The translations under genes and the position numbers were made by a program. From Anaerolineae bacterium (lineage in GTDB: Bacteria > Chloroflexota > Anaerolineae > Aggregatilineales > Phototrophicaceae), in assembly GCA_034437555.1 (NCBI GenBank), contig DAOTTQ010000060.1:21073-85072 (forward strand): a stretch of DNA of 64,000 bases. Reading direction: 5' to 3'. Of the stretch, positions 17,528-27,224 are shown one piece after another (position 1 is the first letter of the stretch; the number at the start of each line of letters is the position of its first letter). The notes beneath the pieces are model-generated. The model was not told where the DNA came from. It saw only the letters and a list, made by a program, of their open reading frames with translations, and did not search any database.

Positions 17528-18679
17528 TTATCCGCCCTTTACAGACCCCGAAAGAAGCCCACGTACAAAGTAACGTTGTAGCGAGAAGAACACTAGCAAC
17601 GGCACGGCAATCGAGATAAACGCGCTGCTGGTCAAAATTTCCCAGTCCTCCGCCCGTGACCCAATCAGCTCACGCAATGCCGATGTAAGAACGATTTGGT
17701 CGGGACGCTTGCCCAAGAAGACCAACGCCACCAAGAGGTCGTTCCACACCCACAAAAATTGGAAGATAGCAAACGATGCCAATGCAGGCACGCTTAAAGG
17801 CAATACGAGGCGCATGAACACTTGGAAGTGTGAGGCACCGTCAATCTTTGCGCTTTCAATAATTTCACGGGGTAGCCCGCCAATGTAGTTTCGTAGCAAG
17901 TAAATGGCTAACGGCAAGCCAAAGCCCGCGTGCGCCAGCCAAATGCCCGGATACGTTCTAGCAATGCCAATATCATTGTAGAAGCGTAGTAATGGAATGA
18001 GTGACATCTGCAATGGCACAACCAATAACGCCACCACGATGATGAACAAGAACCGTCGCCCCGGAAACTCCATCCAAGAAAACGCATACGCCGCAAAGGA
18101 TGCAATCGCAATGGGAATGATGGTTGCTGGCACAGTAACCGTCACCGTATTGATAAAGGCTTGCCCAATGCGCTCGCCATCCAGCACTCTTTCATAGTTT
18201 TCTAGGGTAAAGCGTGGGGGCTTGGTTGCTACGTAAAAGAAGCGTTCCCCGCGCGTAATCTCAAAAGGTTCTGTAGACGTTAGCAGATAGGACCCATCAG
18301 GATTTAGCTCGAAGGTGTAGCCACTTTCTAGCACCAAAGGTTGGTCGGGAACGTAGCTATCCAGAGTGCCTCCCAAGAATCCACCGCCATAAGTATCAAT
18401 GCGTTTGGTGTCTTCTTCTTCAATAACGCGCCCTTCAAGTACATATAAGCCGTCGCGCTCTTCTGCAACACCCGTTACAGTACGCCCTTGTTCTTGTACG
18501 GTGGTGGTTTGAAGTGCCATCCACCAGCCACTAATGCGCAGTTGGTCTTTATCGCGTAAAGAACTTACCAACAAGCCGAATGTGGGAATTGTCCACAAAA
18601 CCACAAAGAAGATAAGCAAAGAACGTGAAAGAAGCCCACCTAAAGATAGTTTTAGAATAGGAATCTGCCGACTCATCAT
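17528..18679 (-). CDS. Carbohydrate ABC transporter permease (MalG-like) with a ~110-aa extracytoplasmic insertion after TM1
   Basis: EAA loop IESAKIDGASHFQVFMRLVLP. The start is ATG 18679, 7 nt after AGGAGG, overlapping the upstream gene's TGA (ATGA). Confidence 0.85.
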   Translation of the reverse strand: MMSRQIPILKLSLGGLLSRSLLIFFVVLWTIPTFGLLVSSLRDKDQLRISGWWMALQTTTVQEQGRTVTGVAEERDGLYVLEGRVIEEEDTKRIDTYGGGFLGGTLDSYVPDQPLVLESGYTFELNPDGSYLLTSTEPFEITRGERFFYVATKPPRFTLENYERVLDGERIGQAFINTVTVTVPATIIPIAIASFAAYAFSWMEFPGRRFLFIIVVALLVVPLQMSLIPLLRFYNDIGIARTYPGIWLAHAGFGLPLAIYLLRNYIGGLPREIIESAKIDGASHFQVFMRLVLPLSVPALASFAIFQFLWVWNDLLVALVFLGKRPDQIVLTSALRELIGSRAEDWEILTSSAFISIAVPLLVFFSLQRYFVRGLLSGSVKGG

Positions 18680-19707
18680 CTTAGTGCCTCCTCTTGTTGG
18701 AAGCGACGAATGTTCCAAATCATCATGGGGACAACGGCAATCATGATAAACGTAGCAATCATACTCCCACGTCCAAAGTCGCCGCCCCCCCTAAACATCC
18801 AGTCGTACATTAGGTTTGCTAAAACTTGTGTGTCCCATTGCCCGTTGGTCATGGCTTGTACAATGTCGAACACCTTAAGCACGGTAATAGTAATGGTTGT
18901 CCATACCACCAAGATGGTTCCCATGACTTGGGGAATCATTATTTGGAAGAAGATTTGTAGCTCGCTTGCACCGTCAATGCGCGCGGCTTCCATTGTTTCT
19001 TCTGGTACACCGCGCAACGCAGCAGACATCAGCACCATGGCAAAGCCTGTTTGAATCCACACCAAAATAATCATCAAGAAGAAGTTGTTTAGCGTGGTTA
19101 CCGTAAGCCATGTTTGCGGTTGCCCGCCTAAAGAAACTACAAACGCATTTAGAATACCAATTTGTTCCTGTCCGATAGGGCGGAAGTCGTAGATAAACTT
19201 CCAAATGATGCTTGCGCCCACAAACGAAATCGCCATCGGCATAAAAATGAACGATTTTGCAATGGCTCCCCACCGCACCGTGTCTGCTAGAACGGCAATA
19301 ATTAGCCCAAGAGCGGTACTCAGTGTGGGTACAAAAAGTAACCATACAAGGTTATTTCCAATAGCTGTGCGAAACTCTCTGTCGCCAAGCGCCCATTCGT
19401 AGTTTGAAAACCCGATAAAGTTTCTGCCACTACCATCATAAAAACTGGCGATGACCGTTTGAATAGCGGGATAAACCAAATATACTGTTAAAAGAATGAG
19501 AGCGGGGGCAATAAACAACCAAGGACGAATGCTCTCACGAAGTCGGTCTCGGCTAATCTTAATTTGTCCATCGGGTGCAACAGAATCGGCAGCCACTATT
19601 TCTAGTAGCCAATTAGAGCCGAAGAAATACAGGAGCAATGCGCCCACCCCAAGCACAATTGCTACCAGTGCGCCTAAAAGCTGTTCCATAATCAACGCCT
19701 TTAACAA
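18676..19707 (-). CDS. Carbohydrate ABC transporter permease (MalF-like)
   Basis: Six or more TM helices and the EAA loop MEAARIDGASELQIFFQIMIPQ. The start is ambiguous (TTG 19707 or ATG 19689). Confidence 0.85.
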   Translation of the reverse strand: MLKALIMEQLLGALVAIVLGVGALLLYFFGSNWLLEIVAADSVAPDGQIKISRDRLRESIRPWLFIAPALILLTVYLVYPAIQTVIASFYDGSGRNFIGFSNYEWALGDREFRTAIGNNLVWLLFVPTLSTALGLIIAVLADTVRWGAIAKSFIFMPMAISFVGASIIWKFIYDFRPIGQEQIGILNAFVVSLGGQPQTWLTVTTLNNFFLMIILVWIQTGFAMVLMSAALRGVPEETMEAARIDGASELQIFFQIMIPQVMGTILVVWTTITITVLKVFDIVQAMTNGQWDTQVLANLMYDWMFRGGGDFGRGSMIATFIMIAVVPMMIWNIRRFQQEEALR

Positions 19708-19783
19708 GTATGAAAAACGGGGTGACGCAATGCCACCCCGTCCTTTGCCTAAATTAGAAATGCGGGTGCGTTAAACAAAATGC

Positions 19784-21157
19784 TTATGGATTGATGGCAT
19801 CCCATGCAGTTTGAATGTTGTCTGCAACAGTTTGTGCATCTTCACCACCAACAAAATCTACCATCCCGCGCCAGAATGCGCCTGCGCCAATAGCACCGGG
19901 CATAAGGTCAGAACCGTCAAAGCGGAAGGTAGTTGCATTTGTTAGGATTGCACCTTGCTTGCGCAGGGTATCATTGGCATAGAGGTCTGCGTTTACGCCC
20001 AGGTGGGGGGTAAGGAAGCCACTTTGTGCCATCCAAATTTCATGTGCCAAGGGGGTAGTCAAGAAGTCGAACAACACGCGGGTTGCATCGCTGTCTTCTG
20101 TAATTGCCCACATTGTGCCGGCGCCCAATACGGGGTTACCCAAGTCTTCGCTGGCGAAGGGTGGGAAGTAGAAGAAGTCTGCATCAACGCCTAATTCAGT
20201 GCCTTCTGGGAAGAAGGAAGGAATAAAGCTGGCTTGGTGATGCAAATAGCATTGAGGAGGAACACTGAACAAGCCTTGTGGGCTATCGCGGAAGTCCGTA
20301 GAAGCAACTGCACCAGCACCACCGACAACGTAAGCATCGTTCTTGGCAATGCTACCAAAGATTTCCAATGCGTTCACAATGCGTTCGTCATTGAAGGGGA
20401 TTTCGTTGGTGACCCATTGGTCATAAACTTCTGGCAATTCGGTGCGTAGCAAAATGTCTTCTACCCAGTCGGTTGCGGGCCAGCCTGTTGCATCACCACT
20501 ACCCAAACCGATACACCAAGGTGTGCCACCGTCGGCAACGATTTGCTCGCTTAGAGCAAGCAAGTCTTCCATGGTGGTAGGAACTTCATAGCCAGCATCG
20601 GTAAAGTTGTCTGGGGAGTACCATACAAGGCTCTTGAGGTCTACTTTGTAGGCAAATGCGAAGAATTCGGTTACGTCTTCAGCATTGGCATAAGAACCAA
20701 GGTCTACCCATGATTGACCCGCACCATAGTTTTCAACCATGAATTCGGCAAGTCCTTCACCTAAAGGCACAAGTTGTCCCTTAGAAGCAAGGTCTGCTGC
20801 CAAACCGGGTTGGGGGAAGATTGCAACATTGGGGGGGCTACCACCTTCAACGTCAATCACAATTTGTTGTTCAAAGCTATCGGAACCAGCATAAACAATG
20901 TCTGCACCAGTAGCGGCTTCAAAATAAGCAAAAACGCTTTCAACTAATTCTTGGTCTGGTCCCAACCAAGGACCGAACACTTCAATTTCTTGACCAGAAA
21001 GGTCAATTGCATTGAAAGCATCTAGGTCGCCCCATGTAAAGTCGCCTTCGCCGATGGCAAAAACAAAATCTTGGGCTTGTGTGGGCTTGCTAAACGAAAA
21101 TACAAACGTGGCTAGGAGAGCCCCAACCAATACTAGAGATGTGTAACGCTTTAACAT
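19784..21157 (-). CDS. Extracellular solute-binding protein of a CUT1-type sugar ABC transporter
   Basis: Signal peptide MLKRYTSLVLVGALLATFVFSFSKPTQAQ. ATG 21157 lies 7 nt after AGGAG; the track start of 21205 is unlikely. It sits in an operon with two permeases, and no ATPase gene is present in the operon. Confidence 0.8.
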   Translation of the reverse strand: MLKRYTSLVLVGALLATFVFSFSKPTQAQDFVFAIGEGDFTWGDLDAFNAIDLSGQEIEVFGPWLGPDQELVESVFAYFEAATGADIVYAGSDSFEQQIVIDVEGGSPPNVAIFPQPGLAADLASKGQLVPLGEGLAEFMVENYGAGQSWVDLGSYANAEDVTEFFAFAYKVDLKSLVWYSPDNFTDAGYEVPTTMEDLLALSEQIVADGGTPWCIGLGSGDATGWPATDWVEDILLRTELPEVYDQWVTNEIPFNDERIVNALEIFGSIAKNDAYVVGGAGAVASTDFRDSPQGLFSVPPQCYLHHQASFIPSFFPEGTELGVDADFFYFPPFASEDLGNPVLGAGTMWAITEDSDATRVLFDFLTTPLAHEIWMAQSGFLTPHLGVNADLYANDTLRKQGAILTNATTFRFDGSDLMPGAIGAGAFWRGMVDFVGGEDAQTVADNIQTAWDAINP

Positions 21158-21344
21158 GAAAAAACTCCTGTTATAAACTTTATAGTTCTTTGGTAACGTT
21201 CCCAAAAAGTATTTTGGTCACGAAACTCATTATTGACCATACTATGATTGGGGTTTTCCCGCAAGTCGTGAATTTGTGAATATTGCACAAACTCGGTTAA
21301 ACGGCTAGCATGATGAAACATAGGAGATAGGGAGTTTGTGAAAG

Positions 21345-22538
21345 ATGACTAACATTAAGTCCATGCCTTTAGCAGAGCGTTTGCGTCCACAATCGCTTTC
21401 GGATGTCGTGGGGCAGGCGCACCTTGTAGGCGAGGGGAAACCTCTTTATTTAGCTATTCAAAATCGCGCTGTGCCTTCTATGATTTTATGGGGACCTCCG
21501 GGCGTAGGTAAAACCACCCTCGCACGCCTTATTGCCAAACACACCGACCGACCTTTTTTTCAATTGTCTGCCGTGAGCGCAGGCAAAGCCGAACTGCGTG
21601 AGATTGTAGAAAAAACACAATTTAAGCAAGCCGATTTATTTACTCCTAAAAATGCCCAGATGGGTAGTGCTGTCCTATTCTTAGATGAAATTCATCGTTT
21701 TAATAAAGCCCAACAGGACTATCTTTTGCCGTATGTAGAAGATGGTACGCTAACACTCATTGGCGCAACCACCGAAAACCCCAGTTTTGAAGTTATCGGG
21801 GCGTTATTATCGCGGTTACAAGTGTTTGTACTTAAACCCCTAGATGCCGAAGATTTAGAGCGCATTGTTCGGCGTGGCGCAGAATCTCTGCAAGCGGTGG
21901 TTTCTCCCGATGCAACGTCATTTTTAACGCGCTATGCCAACGGTGACGCACGCGCCAGCCTAAACTTGCTAGAAAACGCGCATCGCTTGTATGGCGAAAA
22001 TATCGGCATAGAACAACTTAAAGAAACCTTGCAATCCAAGCACATTCGTTACGATAAAAGCGGTGAAGAACACTATAACACCGTCAGCGCGTTCATCAAA
22101 AGTATGCGAGCAGGGCAGGTGGACGCATCGCTATATTATCTTGCGCGGATGATTGACGGGGGCGAAGACCCCAAATTTATTGCGCGTCGTATGGTTATTT
22201 TTGCCAGTGAAGATGTGGGAATGGCAAACCCAACTGCGCTCTTAATTGCCAACGGAGTCTTTAGAGCCGTTGAAACCATAGGCTTACCTGAAGCGCAAAT
22301 TAACCTTGCACACGGGGTCGTTTATTTAGCCACATCGCCCAAAGACAGAAGCGCGTATGATGCTTACTTTGAAGCCCTTGATGATGTAAAGTCGCATGGC
22401 AATTTAGAAATCCCCATGTTCATTCGTAACGCGCCTACCCGCCTGATGAAAGAACTGGGATATGGTAAAGGTGACAATGCCAGTCACTTGCCCGTACCGC
22501 TTGCACAGAAGCGTTATTACAAGCCAAAATTAGAGTAA
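21345..22538 (+). CDS. rarA: Replication-associated recombination protein A (AAA+ ATPase)
   Basis: PLAERLRPQSLSDVVGQAHLVGEGKPL, MILWGPPGVGKTTLA, LFLDEIHRFNK, and the MgsA C-terminal helical domain. Confidence 0.9.
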   Translation: MTNIKSMPLAERLRPQSLSDVVGQAHLVGEGKPLYLAIQNRAVPSMILWGPPGVGKTTLARLIAKHTDRPFFQLSAVSAGKAELREIVEKTQFKQADLFTPKNAQMGSAVLFLDEIHRFNKAQQDYLLPYVEDGTLTLIGATTENPSFEVIGALLSRLQVFVLKPLDAEDLERIVRRGAESLQAVVSPDATSFLTRYANGDARASLNLLENAHRLYGENIGIEQLKETLQSKHIRYDKSGEEHYNTVSAFIKSMRAGQVDASLYYLARMIDGGEDPKFIARRMVIFASEDVGMANPTALLIANGVFRAVETIGLPEAQINLAHGVVYLATSPKDRSAYDAYFEALDDVKSHGNLEIPMFIRNAPTRLMKELGYGKGDNASHLPVPLAQKRYYKPKLE

Positions 22539-22608
22539 GTGCGCCGTCACGCCCTAAAATATCGTATAATGGGGTAGATGTGACCACAAAAAATAAGGAC
22601 ATTTTTTC

Positions 22609-23502
22609 ATGATGAACGACCCTAATCCTAAACAACATCGCCGCCGTTGGTGGCTTGTTTTGGCAGGCATGCTGGCATTTGCTTTGTTTGCACCACGCCT
22701 TGCCCCCCTTGCTGATGTCTCAACGTCTCAGATTGCCCCACCCATCGGGGATCAACAAGAGGGCATCTATGAGATGAACGCAGGCAATAGCACCGCCACT
22801 ATGGATATTACGAGTATGTGGGGAGGCGATTGGTTTACCAAGTCTCTTACATTTGCGCTTTTTGATGACCTTGCGCTTTTTGAAGGTGATATTGCCTTGC
22901 ACACAGACAGCCTTACTGTGGGTGGCTTGGGTGTCAATCGCACTAGCCTTCTGTGGAAAGATGGGCTTGTGCCGTATGAGATAGACCCCAAATTGCCCGC
23001 CCAAAACCGTGTGTTTGATGCTATCGCTCATTGGGAAGCCAACACTAGCATTCGTTTTGTGCAACGCACGCCCCAAAACGCCAATCAATACCCCAATTAT
23101 GTCTATTTTCAGCCCGCTTCGGGATGCTGGTCTTATGTGGGTATGGTAGGTGGCAAACAACCGTTGGGTTTAGCATTAGGGTGTGGCACGGGTAGCACCA
23201 TCCATGAGATAGGGCATGTGGTGGGCTTGTGGCATGAACAAAGTCGCGCAGACCGTGACAAGCACGTTCAAATTCACTTCGAGAACATTGTTTCTGGAAT
23301 GGAACACAATTTCACACAGCACATTGCTGATGGGCAAGACCTTGGCGCGTATGATTACGAAAGCATTATGCACTATCCACGCTGGGCTTTCTCTAAAAAT
23401 GGCAAAGATACCATCGTGCCGATTCAGGATATCGCTATTGGTCAACGAAGTGTCCTAAGCGAGGGTGATATTGCGGCTGTTGAATCCCTGTATAAGCGAT
23501 AA
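22609..23502 (+). CDS. Secreted astacin-family (M12A) zinc metalloprotease
   Basis: N-terminal hydrophobic anchor/signal. The zinc signature HEIGHVVGLWHEQSRADRD (23203-23259) matches HExxHxxGxxHExxRxDRD. The Met-turn is SIMHY. Confidence 0.8.
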   Translation: MMNDPNPKQHRRRWWLVLAGMLAFALFAPRLAPLADVSTSQIAPPIGDQQEGIYEMNAGNSTATMDITSMWGGDWFTKSLTFALFDDLALFEGDIALHTDSLTVGGLGVNRTSLLWKDGLVPYEIDPKLPAQNRVFDAIAHWEANTSIRFVQRTPQNANQYPNYVYFQPASGCWSYVGMVGGKQPLGLALGCGTGSTIHEIGHVVGLWHEQSRADRDKHVQIHFENIVSGMEHNFTQHIADGQDLGAYDYESIMHYPRWAFSKNGKDTIVPIQDIAIGQRSVLSEGDIAAVESLYKR

Positions 23503-23632
23503 AGCACACGCGCAAATCATGACAAACAACATCATTTGCTTGTCGCAATTCAGCTAAGATAAAGGTATTAAAAGGGGTGGGTGTCTTGCTTACCCCATCT
23601 TCACCCATTGTAAACAAGAGTGTTTATCCCCC

Positions 23633-25105
23633 ATGAAACGACCTAGCACCCATACTTTATTGCAAGAGCTACTAAAACTAAGAAAAGCGATCCTTAGCGA
23701 ATCTAAAACCACTTTTTCCCGTTGGCAACCGCACCTTCAACCCGCACGCCCACGCTTTGCGAAAAGCGCGCTCAACTTTGCCCATTATTTGGCATTACGT
23801 CACCATGATTTACGGGATGTTCAGGGAGAGTTGCGCCTGTGGGGCTTGTCCTCATTAGGGCGCATTGAAGCCCAAGTATTGCCCACGTTGGATAGTGTGA
23901 TTGCGTCATTGGCGGACATTGCCCACGAAAAATCACCCGTTGAACGCCCAACCCCACACGCCTTTCGGGGTGGGGAACGGCTCTTAGACCGCGAAACACG
24001 CGACGTTTTTGGCGCAAAGCCCCGTAAACGGCGTGTACGGATGATGGTTACACTGCCTTTAGAATCGGCGGACGACCCGTCTTATATTAAAGAACTGCTG
24101 ATGAACGGCATGAATATCGCCCGCATCAATTGCGCCCACGACACCCCCCATGAATGGGAAAAGATGATCATTCATCTACGCCAAGCCGAAGCCGAGACTG
24201 GGCTTTCGTGCCGTGTTTCGATGGACTTAGGGGGACCCAAGTCACGGACGGCGGATGTAGCATTTCCTGACGGCGGTAAAAAAGTTCGCACAGGCGACCT
24301 GATTTTGCTGTATAAAGACACACCCACGCCCTACGAGGGGATAAAAATGCAAGTGCGCTGTACACTCCCTGAAGCTGTTGACCAAGTAAAAGTGGGCGCA
24401 AGCATCTTTTTTGATGACGGCAAAATAGAGGCAGGCGTGCAGGAGCGCATAGACGGTGGCGTTATTTTGTGTGTGACACATGCCCACCCTGACGGCGATA
24501 AACTCAAAGACGACAAGGGCATTAACTTTCCAAATACGTCCCTTCAGCTCGTGCCATTAACGCCAAAAGACATTGAAGATTTGTCGTTTGTGGCGGCACA
24601 TGCCGATATGGTAAATTATTCATTTGTGCAAAGTGGCGATGATGTGCGCTTGCTCCAAGCCGAAATTGCGAAGCTAAAGCCCACACGCCCGATAGCCCTG
24701 ATTGCCAAAATAGAGACCGCTAAAGCAGTTAAGCATCTGCCCGAAATTATTATTGCTGCTGGTGGCACACAACCCTTTGGCGTGATGATTGCGCGGGGCG
24801 ACCTTGCCATAGAAATTGGGTTTGAGCGCATGGCAGAAATTCAAGAAGAGATTTTGTGGCTGTGCGAAGCCGCGCATGTGCCTGTTATTTGGGCAACCCA
24901 AGTGCTAGAAACATTGGCAAAAGAGGGCAGACCCTCTCGCGCAGAAGTGACCGATGCCGCCATGTCGGAGCGTGCCGAATGTGTGATGCTGAACAAAGGC
25001 GATTATATTTTGGACGCGATGCGCCTACTTAACGGCGTGCTAGAACGAATGGAAACACACCAAACGAAGAAGATTGCACAGTTACGCGCCTTAAAATCGT
25101 GGTGA
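23633..25105 (+). CDS. Pyruvate-kinase-like TIM-barrel protein with an N-terminal extension and no C-terminal regulatory domain
   Basis: VRMMVTLPLESADD...GMNIARINCAHD, KIETAKAV, VMIARGDLAIEIG, and RPSRAEVTDAAMSERAECVMLNKG. These align by eye to the PK motifs (MNVARLNFSHG, KIEN, MVARGDLGVE, RPTRAE..DVAN). The protein ends shortly after the barrel. Confidence 0.6.
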   Translation: MKRPSTHTLLQELLKLRKAILSESKTTFSRWQPHLQPARPRFAKSALNFAHYLALRHHDLRDVQGELRLWGLSSLGRIEAQVLPTLDSVIASLADIAHEKSPVERPTPHAFRGGERLLDRETRDVFGAKPRKRRVRMMVTLPLESADDPSYIKELLMNGMNIARINCAHDTPHEWEKMIIHLRQAEAETGLSCRVSMDLGGPKSRTADVAFPDGGKKVRTGDLILLYKDTPTPYEGIKMQVRCTLPEAVDQVKVGASIFFDDGKIEAGVQERIDGGVILCVTHAHPDGDKLKDDKGINFPNTSLQLVPLTPKDIEDLSFVAAHADMVNYSFVQSGDDVRLLQAEIAKLKPTRPIALIAKIETAKAVKHLPEIIIAAGGTQPFGVMIARGDLAIEIGFERMAEIQEEILWLCEAAHVPVIWATQVLETLAKEGRPSRAEVTDAAMSERAECVMLNKGDYILDAMRLLNGVLERMETHQTKKIAQLRALKSW

Positions 25106-25127
25106 TGGCAAAGACAGGGGGGACGAT

Positions 25128-25649
25128 ATGAAACCAAAAATAATGGGGCTGGTAGGTGGATTAGCATTAATTTTTGCGGTTGGCATGTCGCTTCTATTTA
25201 TCAATGCCACCCCAAACACCAGCGCACTTAGCACAGAAGATTTATCGGCAACTGCGCTTTGTGTGGAACTTACGGCAGACCGTGTGGCGTTACACAGCAT
25301 CTTTGGCACGCCCACACCAAACCCAAATGCCACACCCACACCCCTTCAGCCTTTGGGCAATGTGCAAGCAGGGCAGGGGGTGTTTACCGAAGTGGGCAAA
25401 TGCCACGTATGCCATGAAGTAAGTAGCATGGAAGAACTAATCGCGCCCTCATTGATGCACATTGCCAGTAATGCCATGTGGAAGCGTGAGGGCATTAGCG
25501 CAGAAGATTACGTGCGTGGGGCAATCTTGCGCCCCAATGAACTGATTGTGCCGTCGTTAAAGGCGGGTATTATGCCTACCAGCTATGAACAGCTTCTCAC
25601 CCAAGAACAACTCAATGACCTTGTTGCCTACCTGATGACGTTGGAATAA
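25128..25649 (+). CDS. Membrane-anchored mono-haem c-type cytochrome
   Basis: N-terminal TM helix, a single CHVCH haem-binding site, and a distal Met candidate in GIMPTSY. Confidence 0.7.
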   Translation: MKPKIMGLVGGLALIFAVGMSLLFINATPNTSALSTEDLSATALCVELTADRVALHSIFGTPTPNPNATPTPLQPLGNVQAGQGVFTEVGKCHVCHEVSSMEELIAPSLMHIASNAMWKREGISAEDYVRGAILRPNELIVPSLKAGIMPTSYEQLLTQEQLNDLVAYLMTLE

Positions 25650-25652
25650 GCG

Positions 25653-25661
25653 TGCTATAAT
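25653..25661 (+). promoter_or_regulatory. Extended -10-like element TGCTATAAT upstream of the Uma2/glycan cluster
   Basis: Read directly. It lies within the palindrome GTGCTATAATATGCAC, 35 nt upstream of ATG 25696. No good -35 element. Confidence 0.3.
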
Positions 25662-25695
25662 ATGCACATTGCAAAACGACAAAGGAGCGTGAGCG

Positions 25696-26271
25696 ATGGT
25701 TGCCCCAACACGCATCAGTACGGATATTGAAGCATTTGAGACGTTCATCAACTTGCCCGAAAATACCGATAAACGGTTTGAACTCTTGATGGGGGAGGCA
25801 CCAGAAACGCCGTCAAACATCTTTTCGTCTTTCTTGGCACCAAGTACTAGCATGTTTATTGCCTCTTTTCTTATACAAAACCGATTAGAAGGCTACCTTA
25901 CCGGTGAAGGTGGTGGTTATGTTGTTGAAGGGGAAGTTTTCGCGCCTGATGTGGCATACACCACACAGCCTGTAACGCGCAAAGGGTTTGCACCGCACCC
26001 GCCATTACTTGCCGTAGAAGTGCTACCCGACCCGCACAACAATAAAGAACAATCTGACCCTCGGCGTAAGCTGTCGGTGTATTTGCGTGCAGGGGTAGTG
26101 GTGTGGGTCGTAGATTATGAAGCCGAGCAAGTCGAGGTTCATGTGCCTGACCAAGATGTTTTGATTTTAGGGGTCAACGATACCCTAAAAGGTGGAGATG
26201 TACTGCCCAATTTTGCCTTACTTGTAAGAGACATTTTTCCCATCGGAGTAGAAGAAAGTGCTAAAGATTAG
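25696..26271 (+). CDS. Uma2-family (DUF820) restriction-endonuclease-like protein
   Basis: PDVAYTT ... PLLAVEVLPDP ... KLSVYLRAGVVVWVVDYEAEQVEVH matches the Uma2 PD-(D/E)xK pattern. Confidence 0.7.
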   Translation: MVAPTRISTDIEAFETFINLPENTDKRFELLMGEAPETPSNIFSSFLAPSTSMFIASFLIQNRLEGYLTGEGGGYVVEGEVFAPDVAYTTQPVTRKGFAPHPPLLAVEVLPDPHNNKEQSDPRRKLSVYLRAGVVVWVVDYEAEQVEVHVPDQDVLILGVNDTLKGGDVLPNFALLVRDIFPIGVEESAKD

Positions 26272-27136
26272 CATCGTTACCGTCACCTATAATAGTGAGC
26301 GATTCTTAGAAGCAACTATTCAATCCATACTCAGCCAAAACTACCCCAACTTAGAATATATCATTATTGACGGTGGCTCTACGGACGGCACACTAAATAT
26401 TATTCATAAGTACGAAAGCCAACTCGCCTATTGGATAAGCGAGCGTGATAATGGCATGTACGATGCCCTTAATAAAGGGTTTGCGCGTGCTACGGGGGAT
26501 ATTTTTGCATGGCTAAATTCTGATGATATGTACATGCCTTGGACATTACAGTATGTCAATGAGGTATTTCAATCTGCATCCGATATACTATGGCTCACAT
26601 CACTTCTGCCCGTTATTTGGAATGCTAAAGGTTTGCCGATAGATACCCTTCCAATATTAGGATATAGCAAAGAGGGGTTTTTTAAGGGTGAGCATCTTCC
26701 TTTTGGCTCAAGTTACAAGTTAGAAGCAATTCAGCAGGAATCTACTTTCTGGCGACGCAGCTTGTGGGAAAAAGCAGGGGAACGCTTAGAAGATTCGCTA
26801 AGGCTTGCAGGTGACTTTGAGCTGTGGGCGCGTTTTTACCAGCATGCTTTGCTCGTGGGCGTGCGTGTGCCTTTGGGTGGTTTTCGTCGGCATGGCAATC
26901 AACTTTCGGTTAAACAAGAAGAACAATACGCAAAAGAAGCCTCACTTGCACTAGAAAAACACGAAGGCAAACCTCACAGCGCTTGGAGTGCATTTCTTCG
27001 GCGGTACTTTGCCCCGTTATTTAGATTTCGCTTCCGCCGTTTAGGACAACGCTTGGGCATTGTTTATCCGATGCTTGTTTATCAAAGCGGTAAAAAAGAC
27101 CCCGATAAACGGTCTATAATTACGCGCTACATCTAA
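26258..27136 (+). CDS. Family-2 glycosyltransferase
   Basis: ISIVTVTYNSERFLEATIQSILSQNYPNLEYIIIDGGSTDGT and the DxD-like NSDD. Confidence 0.85.
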   Translation: MLKISIVTVTYNSERFLEATIQSILSQNYPNLEYIIIDGGSTDGTLNIIHKYESQLAYWISERDNGMYDALNKGFARATGDIFAWLNSDDMYMPWTLQYVNEVFQSASDILWLTSLLPVIWNAKGLPIDTLPILGYSKEGFFKGEHLPFGSSYKLEAIQQESTFWRRSLWEKAGERLEDSLRLAGDFELWARFYQHALLVGVRVPLGGFRRHGNQLSVKQEEQYAKEASLALEKHEGKPHSAWSAFLRRYFAPLFRFRFRRLGQRLGIVYPMLVYQSGKKDPDKRSIITRYI

Positions 27137-27224
27137 CCGAAACTTATTGGCGAAAACTAGCTCTCTTTACACCCCTCTCCAAATCCTGTAAGATGACGGC
27201 GCGTTATGCTTCCTGTTAAAGAGG

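Noticed and set aside
21273-21291. A CRP-like site TTTGTGAATATTGCACAAA (with a tandem GTGAAT-tt-GTGAAT and a nearby TGGTCA-N13-TGACCA at about 21215-21240) between the sugar ABC operon and rarA
   Set aside because: The second half-site is shifted relative to the TGTGA-N6-TCACA consensus. The arms are short and AT-rich, so a chance palindrome is plausible. I note it only as a possible operator.
22720-23160. A 146-aa minus-strand ORF antisense to the astacin gene, and similar antisense ORFs at 11381..11749, 31760..32119, 51413..51799, 53354..53731 and 58206..58565
   Set aside because: Each lies fully inside a well-supported CDS on the opposite strand. Their translations are Arg/Ser/Cys-rich nonsense with no motifs.
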